The position numbers were made by a program, and so were the translations under genes. Positions 1-14,300 of a DNA stretch of 64,000 nucleotides are shown here, piece after piece. How positions within the stretch are numbered: position 1 is the stretch's first letter; each line of letters begins with the position of its first letter. The DNA lies in assembly GCA_051362555.1 (NCBI GenBank), contig CM120649.1, forward strand, positions 14,694,001-14,758,000, given 5' to 3'. The stretch comes from Lingula anatina (taxonomy: Eukaryota; Animalia; Brachiopoda). The notes under the pieces were generated by a model. That model did no database searches. It saw nothing but the letters and a program-made list of their open reading frames with translations, and was not told the origin of the DNA.

Positions 1-3000
1 CGTTGCCCCGGAGCGACGGGAAAAGGAGCTCGTGACTGCATCACTGGGCCACACCTACTAGAGAGCTTAAAGAACACCACATTTGAAGGAGTTCTGGGGA
101 AGATCGCCTTTGATGAAAATGGGGACTTTTTGGGACAATACGACCTTGTGCAACTGATAGATGTTCGAGGACCCAACTATAAACAGGTCAAACTGGCCAC
201 ATGGGACGCCACTCTCAACGGCCTGATATTCGACGGTAAGCCAATAAAATGGAACTTGGACGACTCGGACCCTGCGAATCAAACCGTCCCCGAATCAGTG
301 TGTGCTAAACCATGCAGGCCTGGGGAGTTCTACATCCCAAAAGAACTCAAATGTTGCTGGGAGTGCCGCCACTGTAGGGACAACGAAATCACCATCAACA
401 ATGCCTCCACCTGCCTGGCGTGTCCCATCTTTCAATGGCCAGAACAGTCGACCTTCACCTCATGTGAGCCGATCGCAGCAGAGCACGTGCGATGGGGAGA
501 TCCATTGGCCATTGGCATAGTAATTGTAGCTTTACTAGGTCTCTTGGCTACAGTGGCCACTTCAGTTTTCTACATTCGATTCAACAAAGAACGCCTCATT
601 AAAGCCTCCAGTCGTGAACTCAGTTTCCTCATGCTCATTGGAATACTTCTCGGTTATGTAACGGCAATCATTTTCTTGGCGACCCCCAAAGATTATTTGT
701 GCTACTGTGAGTATTTGGGCTTCAGTCTTAGCTTTTCTTGGCTGTATGCACCTCTAGCGACCAGAACCAACAGAATTTATAGAATTTTCAACACTGGGAA
801 GAAATCGACCATTCGACCAAAATTCATCTCACCGAGGTCACAAGTGACAATAGCGACGATATTTATTACTGTTCAGGTAGGTCCTTTTAATAGGTCCTTT
901 TTATACTTGAAAGAAAATCCGTCTAATGCCTTTTATTAATTTAACATAGTAATTAGGGGCTCATGTCTTCAAAACAAGAAACTTAAACCCTAACAATGGC
1001 ACACCCTAGCCGTCAACCATGCTAATTTACATGATAATATATCTCTTAGTTAAAGAAACAAATCACCATCTCACACATATTTACTAAGCAGCCAAATTGA
1101 CGTTATATACCATCTTGCACTATGTTCAAAAGGAGTGGGGAAGTCCATAAAACAGGATAGAAAAAGAGTTTGTGCTCTAAAATTGTTCGTCTCATTGCAA
1201 TAATATAAAGATAAGTATTTCACGTAAAGGAACCGGAAAAAAGGTTGTTTTAACCAATTTAGACATTCATAGTGTATTGGTACCGCTTAAGTTGTTCATC
1301 TAAACTTTTAAAAGTAGCACATGTTCACTTTGACGGATTGATATGATTGCTGCATGAGAATTTACTAAAGGGGGACATAAACTCTGTACATTTGTGAAAC
1401 GTGATTCAAAATACATTTTATCCTATTTACTCTTACCTCAATGCTGGCCCAGCTCAGCCAGTTATTGTGTTAATAGTAACTAAACGGCTGCCGTTAAGTC
1501 TTACAAATGCAGCTGTCAGCCTACCCTGTGTAACATTGGCCAGCCCTGTAAACACAAAAGGTTAAGTTGGATCGACGATTTGCCTATTAGTATATTTTGC
1601 ATTTATATCGCCGTTTTTTATTGCGAATGACTTTCCTCTTGTTTATTCGCGTTCAAAGACGTTATTTTCAGTGTACTGTATTGTGTTTTTAATTCGCTGT
1701 ATTGCGCATTTTGGTATGATTGGGTAGACCCCGCGTGCCTGCCATGGTGGCATATAGCAACATTTTATTGGGGGTGTTAGAAATCTGGGTCTAGGCATGA
1801 CGTGAATTTAAATTTGGAGTGGTTCATTCTCTGCGTTTTCTTCGCTCATGTGTTTTAAGCGGGATCTTCGAGTAGGTGATAGCGAGCAGACTCCCAGGGT
1901 GCATTAAACCCTCGACGAAAGGTGTAATTTCCTTTTCTGTCCAAGAAAACCTATAAATTCCGAGGTTGGATTGGAAAAAAAGCACGGGTCATTTGCCGTT
2001 GCTTTTGTGGTTTCTTTGGTTAATTGAAGACTTCTTTAGATCTGTTCACCGGTGTAAACATACCGGTAGGCGTGCAAATCATACGCACTTGTACGTATTC
2101 GAAATCACGAGGCGGTCATTAACACATCGGTGGATATCCCGCCATGCTGAACATCTAAAAAACACAACCCCACCGCTGCCCTTAAAATGCTCGAAACCCA
2201 AACACGGCAAAGAACGTAAAAAATTCTAGACCTCAAGTATTGTTTTTGTTCTAGAAAATGTTTCTTTTATTTATACCTGTGTATTTTAACAATTGGTGAT
2301 AGAATTCTTGAAGTTCTTATTCACATTTATGGTACAATCGTTCTTTTGTTTCGATAGTGGGAGATTGTAAACAACATCTCTCAGTCTTGTTTTAAGGGTA
2401 TTTCATTCAGTAAATGGTAATCTATCATCAGATATAATTCTAAACAATATTTTCAATTCACCATGCAGGTTATCATAAGCATCATAACCGCCATAGTTGT
2501 ACCACCGACGGCAGAACTCTCCATGCCGGTGAAGACAGAGAGATTCGTGGAGCTCTACTGCAATATTCCCATAGAAGGTAATAACCCCTGGGAGATATAT
2601 TATGTCGTCTCTATATATTACATTTATATATTTATCGATTTGTATATTTATATTAGTGCCCTGTATAATAATACTTAACCACATTTGTTACAAAATGCAC
2701 ACAACTGGGAGTGGGGATGGGGGGAGGGGGGGGGTTATCGACTTTCGGAGGAGCTATCTCACGATTGTTAAAACCATTGTTATATGTTCATTTGTATGGA
2801 TATAATTTTTGCAGGACTGATAGCATTTTTGACGTACAACCTGTGCCTGATCGTCGTGTGCAGTGTCCACGCCTTTAAGACACGGAAGCTGCCGGATAAC
2901 TTCAACGAGTCGCGCTTCATCTCCATGACGGTCTATACCACCCTGGTGATATGGCTGGCTTTCATTCCGACATATTTTACAACGGGCAAGGCTTACTACA

Positions 3001-4281
3001 AGGTGCGTTCAAAGATAATTTTTTCTTCAATGAGCAGCCTATGTTGAAATAATTAACCTCCAATATAACAATAATACAATATTATTAGAAAAATTCAAGG
3101 TAAATTATTTCAATATTAAGCTGTTGATTGAAGAAAAAAAAATACTTTATTCTTATAACATAACACAGCTGATGAAATTCTTCTCTGAAAGTACGTTCAA
3201 GGTTCAAGGCCTGGTTTCTTTGGCGTATTGGTTGATGTGCATGCAATACTTTCCATGAATTCTATGGCCGACATACACCACACTCAACAATCCTTGAGGC
3301 AGATTTGCACATTTCAAAAAAAAAAAAAAAAAAATCTACGCCTAATATATAGGGCTGCCTTGTTGTGTCACATTTAAAATCTTGAAACACAGTGGGTAAG
3401 AGGGGCGATAAATGTAGCTAGAAAACTATAAATACCTCGAGATATTCTTCAGTAGTTATTGATTATCTTTACCTGAACAGAATTGAGAAAATAAAACCCA
3501 GCCACCGGGACATTGTTTACATTTTTAGGTAGGGACGTAAATATAGAAAACGGCGCCGATGGAAAGCGTGGCAATAACGCCGACTAAAACAACAGACAGT
3601 CTAAAAAGATTCTACCGCTACTGATTGCTGCCGGTGTCAGTGTGAACGCGGTTTGGTTGACCGCGGTTTAATCGGAGTAAAGTCGACCGCGGTTATCGTT
3701 CTAATGTGAATGGCCTATTAGTGGCGTTCCCTATAAATGGCGTCACAGCAGTATCTAAGCCACGCCACCGTTATTGTGTTTTTATCACCGGCGCAGCCAA
3801 GCAAGTCCGTCATGCCGTAGACTAATTTTCTTCTTTATCTTAAAACATTTTGCAGACGGGTTCATTTCCACCGCATGTTCTATTAGACCTATACCTTGAC
3901 TTTATTTGTTTTTATATATTTCCTTTACAGGTTATCCTTCTAGCCTGTGCCCTAATCATCAACGACACCGTCGCCCTGTCATTCTTGTTCCTCCCGAAAG
4001 TCTACGCCGTCCTGTACGTGGATCAGGACACCCTTAAGATGACCTCGACAAACCCGGGGGCCAGCGTAAGCGGAGTGAACGCCACCAAGTCCACACAGCA
4101 TCAAGTGCACCCCCAACCCGCTACGGTGCACGATACCCTCGATCCGTACCGTATTAATTCCCCAGTACCCGGGACTTCCGCCATGGACGGGGAGATGGAG
4201 AGACCGGCTGGGTATTATGGACCAGAGGCCGTGTTGACTCCAGTGCAAGATCTGGTTGCGCGGGACAGCGTTGTCCAGTAG
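1..4281 (+). CDS. Metabotropic glutamate receptor-like class C GPCR, 5'-truncated; exons <1-876, 2469-2577, 2815-3002, 3931-4281
   Basis: Frame 1 is open from base 1 (end of the Venus flytrap domain, FDENGD). It is followed by the nine-Cys domain (PESVCAKPC...CCWECRHC...CLACP) and 7TM motifs IKASSRELS, RTNRIYRIF, AFKTRKLPDNFNESRFI, IWLAFIPTYF, FLPKVY. GT-AG junctions join in frame. Confidence 0.93.
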
Positions 4282-4417
4282 AGAAAATTAAAGTTAAAGG
4301 TCAAACTTTTGAAACCAATGTGTGTCGTCTCCATCCTTCTATACACAACACGCATCGCGTGGTATACGAATGACAAGGCAATTGCCAGACATTCTGACCA
4401 TTTTTTTTATCATCAAA

Positions 4418-4719
4418 GATCGCATTCACAACGAGTTGAGCCAGGCTTTACAAATCCTGGGGACTAAATATGGCGGACGTACATGAAAGAAAAACCGCCT
4501 AATCTTTTAATAGTCTCTCCGCCTCTCGCACGCCTCCCCATGTGTCGTCCCAATGGAGCCGAAATTTAATGACTGTCCTCCCGCAGGGACGACGTGTGGG
4601 GAGGTGTGTGAGAGGCGGAGAGACTATTAAAAGATTAGGCGGTTTTTCTTTCATGTACGACCGCCATATTTAGTCCCCAGGATTTGTAAAGCCTGGCTCA
4701 ACTCGTTGTGAATGCGATC
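4418..4719. mobile_element. Fold-back MITE (PIF/Harbinger-like), family A copy 1
   Basis: About 130-bp near-perfect inverted arms (gatcgcattcacaacgagttgagccaggctttacaaa ... tttgtaaagcctggctcaactcgttgtgaatgcgatc) flanked by a 3-bp direct repeat AAA; related copy at 62588-63132. Confidence 0.85.
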
Positions 4720-5039
4720 AAAGTGTTTTAAAGATAGGCCTACATACAGCATGAAGAAGGAGATGTGCAGGGCACAACATAAAAACTTTTTTTTTTTGGG
4801 GGGGGGGGGGCAGGGAGAGAGAGAAGAGTTTACCAAAGAAACTAATGGCGGATATAAATAGAATGTGTTAATTCCCCCTATTTTATTAATGTATTAATTT
4901 TCTTTTTAATATGCATGTGTTCGTTAGATTGGGAAGACGGAGTTTCGGTTTCGTATCCATGCAGAATTTCGGCGCATACCATATATAGAGATAACGTCCG
5001 TAAAATGTTTACAGCGTATGGTCTTAGTTTGACTTGGGA

Positions 5040-5040
<1 letters not shown>

Positions 5041-5079
<39 letters not shown>

Positions 5080-5105
5080 GTTGTTGTTGTTGTTGTTGTT
5101 TTGTT
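5041..5105. repeat. Compound (TTA)n(TTG)n microsatellite
   Basis: Read directly from the sequence. Confidence 0.95.
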
Positions 5106-5798
5106 GCTGCTTTCATTTGCAGAAAGCCCTCTCCTAAATACGTACACTTAACGAATATAGATATATTTATTTATTATTTAAAAATGGAAGAGAAATGCTC
5201 TGAGAGTATTGTTTGTTTTTAAGGTGTCTAGACCTTGAAACTTAGTTTTCAGTTACGGTAGATTGATCGTATTTCATTTTTCTTCGATTTTGTAAACTTC
5301 ACTTTCATTTAATTTCCCTGATGTAAGAAAATTTGTGATACATTTTTCTGTTATCCTCTTTCAGACTTAATGGTAGCATTTGGTTGGATTACGCGATAAT
5401 AATTTGACATAAGTACTCACTTTTAAGTATTGAAATATTGAGTATTTTTATTAAGTATCAAATTTGAAGATTCATTTTAAAATATGAATTTTAAAATTTG
5501 ATACTTTTAATTTCATTTACTTTAGATATATCCTATGACATTTTTCCTTGATTTTGTTAACTACGCTACCATAATTCCCCATCAATTGGAATGTTTTCAA
5601 TATTTTGTGGAAACACACATTGTTATGTAGTGGTAAAATTTATTTATATTGTCTGTAACATGAAGGTGTATTATTCAGCAGGCACAGTGATCATTATTGT
5701 ACATGCTGTTCGTGTGCTGTTTTAGCTAAAGAGGGGTTGTGTGGAGGTGAGGGTGGTACAGTGATGAAAATATTGCCGAGCGAACGGAGACAGATCCG

Positions 5799-5962
5799 GC
5801 TCGTACGTAGCCAGCAATTTCACAAGGGTGGTTCTTTTTTTGAAAACGTGGACCTTTTACCATGAAACCTTCGTGCACCTGGAACACTTTTTACCTAGAG
5901 CTGACCTTTGTCCACAAAAAAATGGCATTTTGTTCGGACCCCCCCCCCCCCCTCCGGCTATT
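5799..5962. mobile_element. Degenerate copy of short CAGG...CCTG element family (family E)
   Basis: cgtagccagcaatttcacaagggtggttcttttttgaaaacgtggacc matches the copies at 51632 and 52355; termini are decayed. Confidence 0.7.
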
Positions 5963-6820
5963 GTACTGTTATATATGCCCTGCACAGCTTGGAAATATTG
6001 TTTGATTCTGTTTCTTTGTGCTCGTTATTCATATACGCCTACTGTTTTGAAAGAGGGGACGTGCATGTACCTTAAAGTTAAAAGAAAGTGAAAACACAAC
6101 TGTTTAAGTCATGTTATGTAACAGCAATAAATTTTTGATTTGTTTTTTGGAAACAAAACCAATTGTTTGATTGCATTCCGCTGCTGCTGAAAGAACTTTT
6201 CGCAAAGCCTGCTGGGATCGTCCTTTACGTAACAATTTACATCTTTGGTCTTTGGTAACAATTTACATCTCTGATCGATTCAAAATCTTTACTGTAAACA
6301 AACCTCTTAGATGACAGGTGCGTTCGCGTTATACCAATCATTAACTATATCGATCGGTGGTTTTCTATCGATATTGAACTCTATATGAAGACTTGATCGT
6401 AGTGGGCGATTACATTCATGTAAGTCAAATAAAAGTGATAGCGTTTGGGTGACCAGAAGATGGCGCTGTGCAGGATTCTCACCGTGAATGGTAGTTTGGA
6501 GCTAGATGCGACTGGGAAGCCATGAAGGCCCTTCCAGACACAGATTAGCAATAAAACAGTTTTGACGTCATTAATAAGTAACGTCACCATACGATAACTT
6601 CAATGAACCAGCGATCGGGAACTTTTACCCCAAGTTTTGTACACTACATGCGATTCCCAGGATAAAATAACCAACCCAGCGAGTCATGACTGATCCTAAC
6701 TACTAGATAGTCTACAGAAACACCTCGCTGGGAGAAAACTGTAAGTTGCATGGAATCTAAATACTAGAAGCTGTCTATTGGAACCCTCTATGCTGCACCT
6801 TGCCCCATGGAAGTAACCCA

Positions 6821-7028
6821 ATGGCTCCAAGGAAGAGAGATTGTTCCAAGATCATTGGACTGCTGGTGATCGCATTGCTGCAAATGGTGCTGCTGTTGCG
6901 TCGATCAGGTATTGACTATGTGTTGTTTTTTTACATTATTATTGAAGCTAATGATAAAGGTTTTTCGTCTCTTTCGTTCGTACATTACCTAATACATTCC
7001 CGCCAACATTTACACGTAAATAGCACAA

Positions 7029-7067
<39 letters not shown>

Positions 7068-9482
7068 AATGCATAGTACGCATAGAACCGCGCCAATATC
7101 ACGAGAAAATATTGTCTTTTTATTCGATGTTTTATACCATTTCTAATTAAATAATTTAGTATCTGGCCAGAAGTGAAAGCCATCACGTCTTCCGGGCCTT
7201 GCATTTTTGAAGAAAATATCGATATGCGTTTAAATAATTATTCCACTGGTTTTATAGCTTTAAATGGATGTATTTGGAAAAAGAACACTGTAGGATATGG
7301 ATTCATACAAAAATAGCCTTTGGGATAATTCAAATGTGTGTAGGCCTACACTGTTACACCTGGAAGATTGCGAATTATAATTACTTGGAAATGTTTCGAT
7401 GTGATTCTTTTCTCTCTTCCATTTAACGCACTGTTACACTTTACTGACTTTATTGGCTTTTGAAGCCACATGCAGAGATTTATGCCTCTACTGTAGTGGT
7501 TTGCGTTACCAATCCTTATACAACTATTGAGTGATCGATTTGTGAGGCTTTCGAAATTATGACAAGCATAGAGAATAAACCCCTACAACAACCGTACGCT
7601 TAAAATGCACAACATATTTAAATGCTCGGTCTTCATTTCATCTATTGAACACATACCCACAACCACAACAACCGTACGCTTAAAATGCACAACATATTTA
7701 AATGCTCGGTCTTCATTTCATCTATTGAACACATACCCAGTGCATTAGATGAGGCTGGAACGAGAGTAAAAGATAAAACTTTAATTATATAAAGAATTCT
7801 TGTAACAATATTTTGCAATGCAAAGCGCTTACTATGCGAGCTGTCCCTATACACCTAGTATCTCGACCCTTATTGATTCATTAAGAGGCCAGATGATATA
7901 GATTATCGACTAGTTTTATCGAAAAATCGTTCTGCTTTTCTTTGCCAATGACCAATCAAAATGAATAATGATTGAAATATAAATAGCTTACATCATAATT
8001 ATGGTAGGAACTTATAATCAGTTATGTGTAGGTGAATAGACTGAAACGGTCAAAATATAATTATCACGAATATCTAAGTGCATTGTAGTAGTAGGCCCCA
8101 TATAATTAATAGACATATCCTTTTTCAAGTTTGATTTATTAACCCATGCAATAGTGATAGTGATATTGGAGACGGGCTGGACGGCCGGTGTGACAGGAAT
8201 GGCAGTCCTAGGAATGGAAGTCCGGAATCCCATATGATTAGTGCAAGTCAGGGTTATTCGGAGTATTGGAGTTGGTACCGGTATATGGGTCAAATGTCAC
8301 CTGCACTAAGTAATGGGGAAAGAACTACGGCTCCTGTCACACCTGGTTTAAATTATTACTTGAGAGAGAGAGAGAGAGAGAGAGAAGATGAACCAATAAC
8401 AGCCGAAATAATCTCATAATATTACAACATTATGCAACTCACACATATTACTTCTTTCTTTTCCAGATACTCTTAAAGAGGTAGATGTCTTATCTGAAGG
8501 CATGAAATCTATGGATGTTGGAGAAGCATGGCACATTGCAAACTCCACCGCCAAACCACCAAAACCAACCACTGGTGTATTAATTGTCGCATACTTTCGT
8601 TCAGGATCTTCTTTCTTCGGGGAACTTTTCAACCACAACCCCAACGTCGCTTACATCTTTGAGCCTTTGTGGGAATTCGCGCATCGAGAGGCAGCTGGCA
8701 AAGCCCTATCATTCCTCGATGGATCCACGGTCAAGCTTAATTACACCGTCCGAGACCAAAGACGGGACATTATAGTGGACGGATTGGCTGGATTGCTTGG
8801 TTGCAAACCGGATCGCGTGCCGCTGTCGGTTTTAATGCATCCGCTCTATCTAAACAGTGCACGGATGCGAAAGATGAGAGACTATGTGTATTGTAATGAC
8901 AAGAAAGACAGACCGTCCCGGAAATGCATACCGGTTTTTAACGAGATATGCCGAAAGGCAAGCGTTCGAGTTATCAAGAGCATTAGAGTGGACATGGAGG
9001 TGGCTGAAAAACTTTTAGAGAAGGACTCAGGCATAAGAATCATCCACTTGATACGCGATCCTCGGGCTTCGTTGTCGTCTGCTCTGAGTCTCGGGTTAAA
9101 CGATCCGCTGGAGTCTGCTGCGAACACGTTGTGTTTTTCCATGTTCCGAGATATCAAAAAGCGAAAAGAGCTGGAGAGGAAGTTTCCAGGGCGGGTTTTT
9201 CAAACGCGGTACGAAGACTTAGCAGAGCGGCCGACTGAAACACTTAAACGAGTCTATAGGAATCTAGATATGCCGTTACCTCTTCCTGTTAAAAAAGCTT
9301 TGACGAAGCTTGTACATGGCAGACGAAATTTAGATTCCTTTGGGACTGTGAGGAAAGATTCCAGCGCCACTGCGCATGCGTGGGTGAAGGCCATCTCAAA
9401 ATCCACAGCCGCAAAAATTGATGACGTCTGCTCAGCGCTCTATCCGTGGGCGGGTTATAAAAAGTTCGACTTACTAAGTTAA
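6821..9482 (+). CDS. Golgi carbohydrate sulfotransferase (CHST1/GlcNAc6ST-like); exons 6821-6908 and 8467-9482
   Basis: Exon 1 gives a short basic tail plus TM (MAPRKRDCSKIIGLLVIALLQMVLLLRRS) ending phase 1 at GT, and exon 2 continues in frame. Motifs: 5'-PSB YFRSGSSFFGELF, YIFEPLW, VIKSIR, 3'-PB IHLIRDPRASLSS, RYEDLA. Confidence 0.88.
7585..7739. repeat. Perfect tandem duplication, 75-bp identical copies at 80-bp period
   Basis: acaacaaccgtacgcttaaaatgcac...gaacacataccca occurs at 7585-7659 and 7665-7739. Confidence 0.95.
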
Positions 9483-11304
9483 CACAGCTAAAAAATGGGT
9501 TATATATATTGACATTAGTATCATTTATTTTTGTCTTAGGCGCTAAGAAATGAAAGGTGTCGCCTATTTTTCATAAAATAAATCATGTAATAATCCATTT
9601 ACTGCGGTATAACTTAGGAAATTTTTAAAATATATTTTTCTGTCGACTTTGATACGACATTTACTAATGCATAACAGCATAATTACAACCAATTTTAATT
9701 ATGTGAAACTGCTACTGTGGACAATCAAATATGCAACTATCACTAGGGCCATGGGAATTCTAGGTCATCAAAATTCCAACCCACTCAGAAAGGTTCAAGT
9801 TCAACAAAAATATGGTTTGGCAGCAAGGGGGTGGTTAACAGATGGTGAATGTATGGGCAGACAGTTATCAGCACATGAACAGCTGCATACAAAGTCTGTA
9901 TATAAAAATCATGAAAGGTTCCATTGCAAAACATACATCTCTCTAAGAAAAAAAGTAGCATATTTACTTTTAACAAGATACATTTCACTGGAATAAACAA
10001 CTTATTGTATGTTAATTCACTATAAACAATTTAAAATATTTTCTGTGAATACCATTGATGTTAACAATTTTGACATCAATAAAGTGCAATATATAACATT
10101 TGTGCTGTGCAAATATTCAAGGGAATATTTTTCAGAATCAATTGAGACAACATGACGGTTATTGTGCACCATTAAAAACATGAAAGATCAGAAACAATTT
10201 GGTGAATAGCAATATGACAAATAACCTTTCTATTAAATAAATAAATAAATAAATAAAAAATCTTACCAGCAACAAGAGTCTGGGGGAAAAGATATTATCA
10301 TATCATTTCTTGTATTCAATCTAAGAGAATTTGCCACTGTGGTGGTGAGCATGTCCTGTATAGTGCTGTCACCTAGGGACAAAAATTTAACTTACAATGA
10401 AAATCCATAAATCACAAAATCTAAGACTAAAGAAATGTAATAATTCGATGTGTTAACTAACATGTTTGGCACCTTTTTTTAGCCATAATGCTGCTCCAGT
10501 CATTATAAAAATTCAAGTCATACTAACATATTAAATATCAATATAATTCAAAAGAGATCTAAGAAAAAGTCAAAAATATTTTTTAAATTGCATAGCATCA
10601 ACTACCATTAATGATTTTAGTTGGTACTGGTATAAATATGTACAAGTATAATCACAGCATTTTATATTAAATATGTACAGCAGTATTTATATTATAACAA
10701 TGCATATATAATATATCAACTCAGAGCAAATGTGTGTAGGTAACAAGGCACCTGCACCCTCCATGCCTATTTTATATATGGAAAAGTGGGTTCATACCCT
10801 GCTTTTCCCCAAAAAGAGAGAAAAGACACACTTGCAGACCCACAGATATCTGTATATTACACTTGGTATTGGAAAAAACTCCACAAAATAAACATTCAAA
10901 TTGCACAAGTGGAGAGGTTTCAGTGGAGCAAGGGGATTGCAGGTTCTTTTTATTTGTGGTCCACTTTTCTGCTTACTCTTAAACACTGTAATCCTATAAC
11001 TAGGAATTATTTGTAAACCTTTTGTGCAAATCCATTACAGTACATTACTGTCATAACTGTGCCTTCTTTTAAACTATGAAAGTTCTTCATTGAGATATGT
11101 TATAAGGTAACATAATAATTTCAATTTTTTTTCCTGCATAGAAAACTTATACAGAAATGTTTTGATAAGCTGGATATTGTAAATATCCAGTTGTGAAAAA
11201 TCAATGGAATTCTTTATAACACCCTCTTGCACAGAGACCTAGATATCTTTTTCCTCTCTTGTCTTTATAATGGAATTCTTTATAACACCCTCTGGAACAG
11301 AGAT

Positions 11305-14300
11305 CTAGATGTCTTTTCCCTCCCGTGTCTTCACATTGAACATTAATGTCAGGATTAAACCTGCAAAAAAGAATTATCAAGAAAACTTATCTTAAACACT
11401 ACATTTTATATCAATTTTCTTTAATTTTAACATGTGCAATGTATGCTTCCATACACTTATAACTGATAACTTTATTTCACTGCAGATACTGCAGTATTTC
11501 AAATATGCAGAATAAAGTATATGTCAATATATAATATGAACACACACAAACACACACTCACACACTTTATAAATTGAATAATAGAACAAACCCTTCATGG
11601 CCAACTCACGCATTTTTAAATAATTAACAACTGAATTACTTTTATTACAATTCTATCCTCATATGTGTACTAGGCCAGGAAAACATAAGCTCTCTGTTTT
11701 AAAGAACAAATTATGATTTTACATTACATATGTGTATTAATTAAAGCTCAGGGTTTTAGCTAGTGAAAAACAAAGAAAATATCAGACTCTGTGTTCTTCA
11801 AGGACACTTACTTATAAAAGAGCACCCGGCTACGATACAGAACATGTAAAACCAGCCTATAAGATGTAGCAGCTGCTGGGTAAGGAAGGCCCCAAGAGGA
11901 GGGGCAATGACCTGAAATGAATAGTCAATTGAGAACAAAAATCATAAAATGTGAAGATTTACATTTTTTTCATAAATATGGTAAAATAAAATATTAAAAC
12001 ATACCAGCAACCACTTATTTTTTTACTTGTGCTTAGATTCAAAATCCATAACATGTACAAGTAGTTGTGAGTTTTACTCCAGGTCTTGCCTTCCCGATCT
12101 CTCTCTTTTTCCCCCATTATATCTAGTAACTAAACAAACCAATCCTCTAGGCTTAAAATAACTATTTTCTTTTACCTGTGACGTGAATAACAATCCATAA
12201 TTCACAGCCACATGCTTAGCACCAAATGCCTTGGCAGTGGCAGTGGGGAAGAGCGAAAAGTTTCCAGAGAAGGTACCAAAGATTAGACACACCCAGATGA
12301 AAAACATGACCTTGCCTCCCAGCGGGGCGATGATGAAGGTCATCATCAGGGCACACATACTGGTGCATAGACATAACATGGCAGTCTGGAAGGAAAACAT
12401 GAAGATCTGAATCTTTGGAGATTTTTTTGCTAGCTATGACATCTTTAATCCAGCATAAATATGGACTTTTTAATAGAAATTAAATATTATATATTTAAGT
12501 CATGACAGTTGCAATGAAGTGCCAAAACCTTTCTATACAGCATTTGAAGTGCTTGTACTGCACAGAACAGAAGTATAGAGTGCTTTTTAATTTTTTCCTA
12601 CCACACAAAAGCACATTCTAATTTTTATAAATTATTACTTAAAGAAATTCAGTTTCTGTAAAATTCACAATTTTCCCTCTACTGAAGTTATCGAGTAATT
12701 ACAGTATACTTACCTTGAAAGAAAATTTATCTGCGATAACCCCCCAGAAAATCCTTCCCCCGGCATTGAAGACTGCTGCAAAGGCACCCACTATTGCCAG
12801 GAACTGGTCATCTTTGATGAAGGTCTGCCCATATGCCTGGAATGGTCAAGGTATCCATGGTAATTGGAAACATCCCAATTGGAAAAATCTCAACACTTAG
12901 TGTGAAATCAAAAAAGATTTTGCACAATAATATTATAATCTGTTACAAAATGGTATTGATTTCTGAGGTAGCAATAGCATTTTTTTTTAATTTGCTAAGC
13001 CAAATCACTGCTTTTTCATCACTTCTTTTCTCCAAATTTGACCAAAACAAACCAGTGCCTTTGTATTTGTATGTGCTTCCATGGCCAGCTTTTAAAAACA
13101 TAAACTTAAAGTAAAAAAGTTACCTTGTATAAACTAGAGGAAAATATCACTGCTTGTCCATTTAAAAGAAAAATAAACCAGAGAATATAGAAATATTTGG
13201 ACCTAATCATTTGCTTTGGATAGTAATCTCTTGCTATGTTTGGTGCCCTGAAAAATAAAAAAAGGAAAAATTACTTCCTATACCTTGCTTAATGTTTCTG
13301 GGATATGACGTCACAGTAAAAAATCTTTAGGAAAAATAATCATTTAAATATCAATTACTTGACAGAGAGAAAAAGAGTTTAAGGCAAGAACAACAGATTT
13401 ACACTTTGAAAGTACTCTATATGGATTTTAAAAATTGAACTGGTTAATATGTAAAAGTGATCATTACAATGATTCCTAGGGTTGGTGTTTAAATTGAAAA
13501 GAAAGACAATGGTGAAATAATTTATAATAGTAGAATACCAAACAATGTCTCCTTCTCTGTGAGCAGTTTGTCATTCTTTACAAAATAATCAATAATTTGT
13601 CAAAAAATCACCACTCATCTGCCAAGGAGAGTAATCTTTTTTCTTTTCATTGTAACAATAATATTTGAAAATTAGGGGTATGTAATAATCTTACATGGCA
13701 TAATTAACATGTCATTACTATATATGTAGGAAAATATCCTGTAGATAAATGTGTGTCACTTACATTTTCTTTTTGTAATCAACATCAGAATCTGACCGAT
13801 CTTCAGGTAACAGAGCACTTTCATCTTCTTGAATGGAAGCCCTTCGAGAGTGTGCCTAAAATGAATTCAAATTTTTAATGTCAGAATTGATTACAAAAAT
13901 CAGCAACAAACAAGTTGAAAACTTTTAAAAAACTATGAGATACAGGGATACAGGATATATTAAGACAGAGAGACTTTTTTTAGGAAATGAAGACATTATG
14001 ATTCTAATACACACCTCAGGGGGAGCAAATAATATGAGGATTCCCACAAACTGCATAGCTACATATGATCCCCCTAGCACTAAAAAACAACTTGGCACAC
14101 GCTCCAGCAGCTTTTTTTCAGTAAAATACCTAGAAATACAACAGTAAAATGTTGAATCATATGGTCAGTATAAGGGTATTTATCAGTGTTGATTGTGGAT
14201 TTTTCTCATTATTTTTATATTACTTTATTTGTGTTATGTTCTACTTTTATGTTTATATATTTTTTATTTTATTTCATTCAATTTATCTTTTTTTTCATTT

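Noticed and set aside
4878-5222. ORFs with poly-I, poly-V, poly-Y and poly-C runs
   Set aside because: Translations of the (TTA)n(TTG)n microsatellite.
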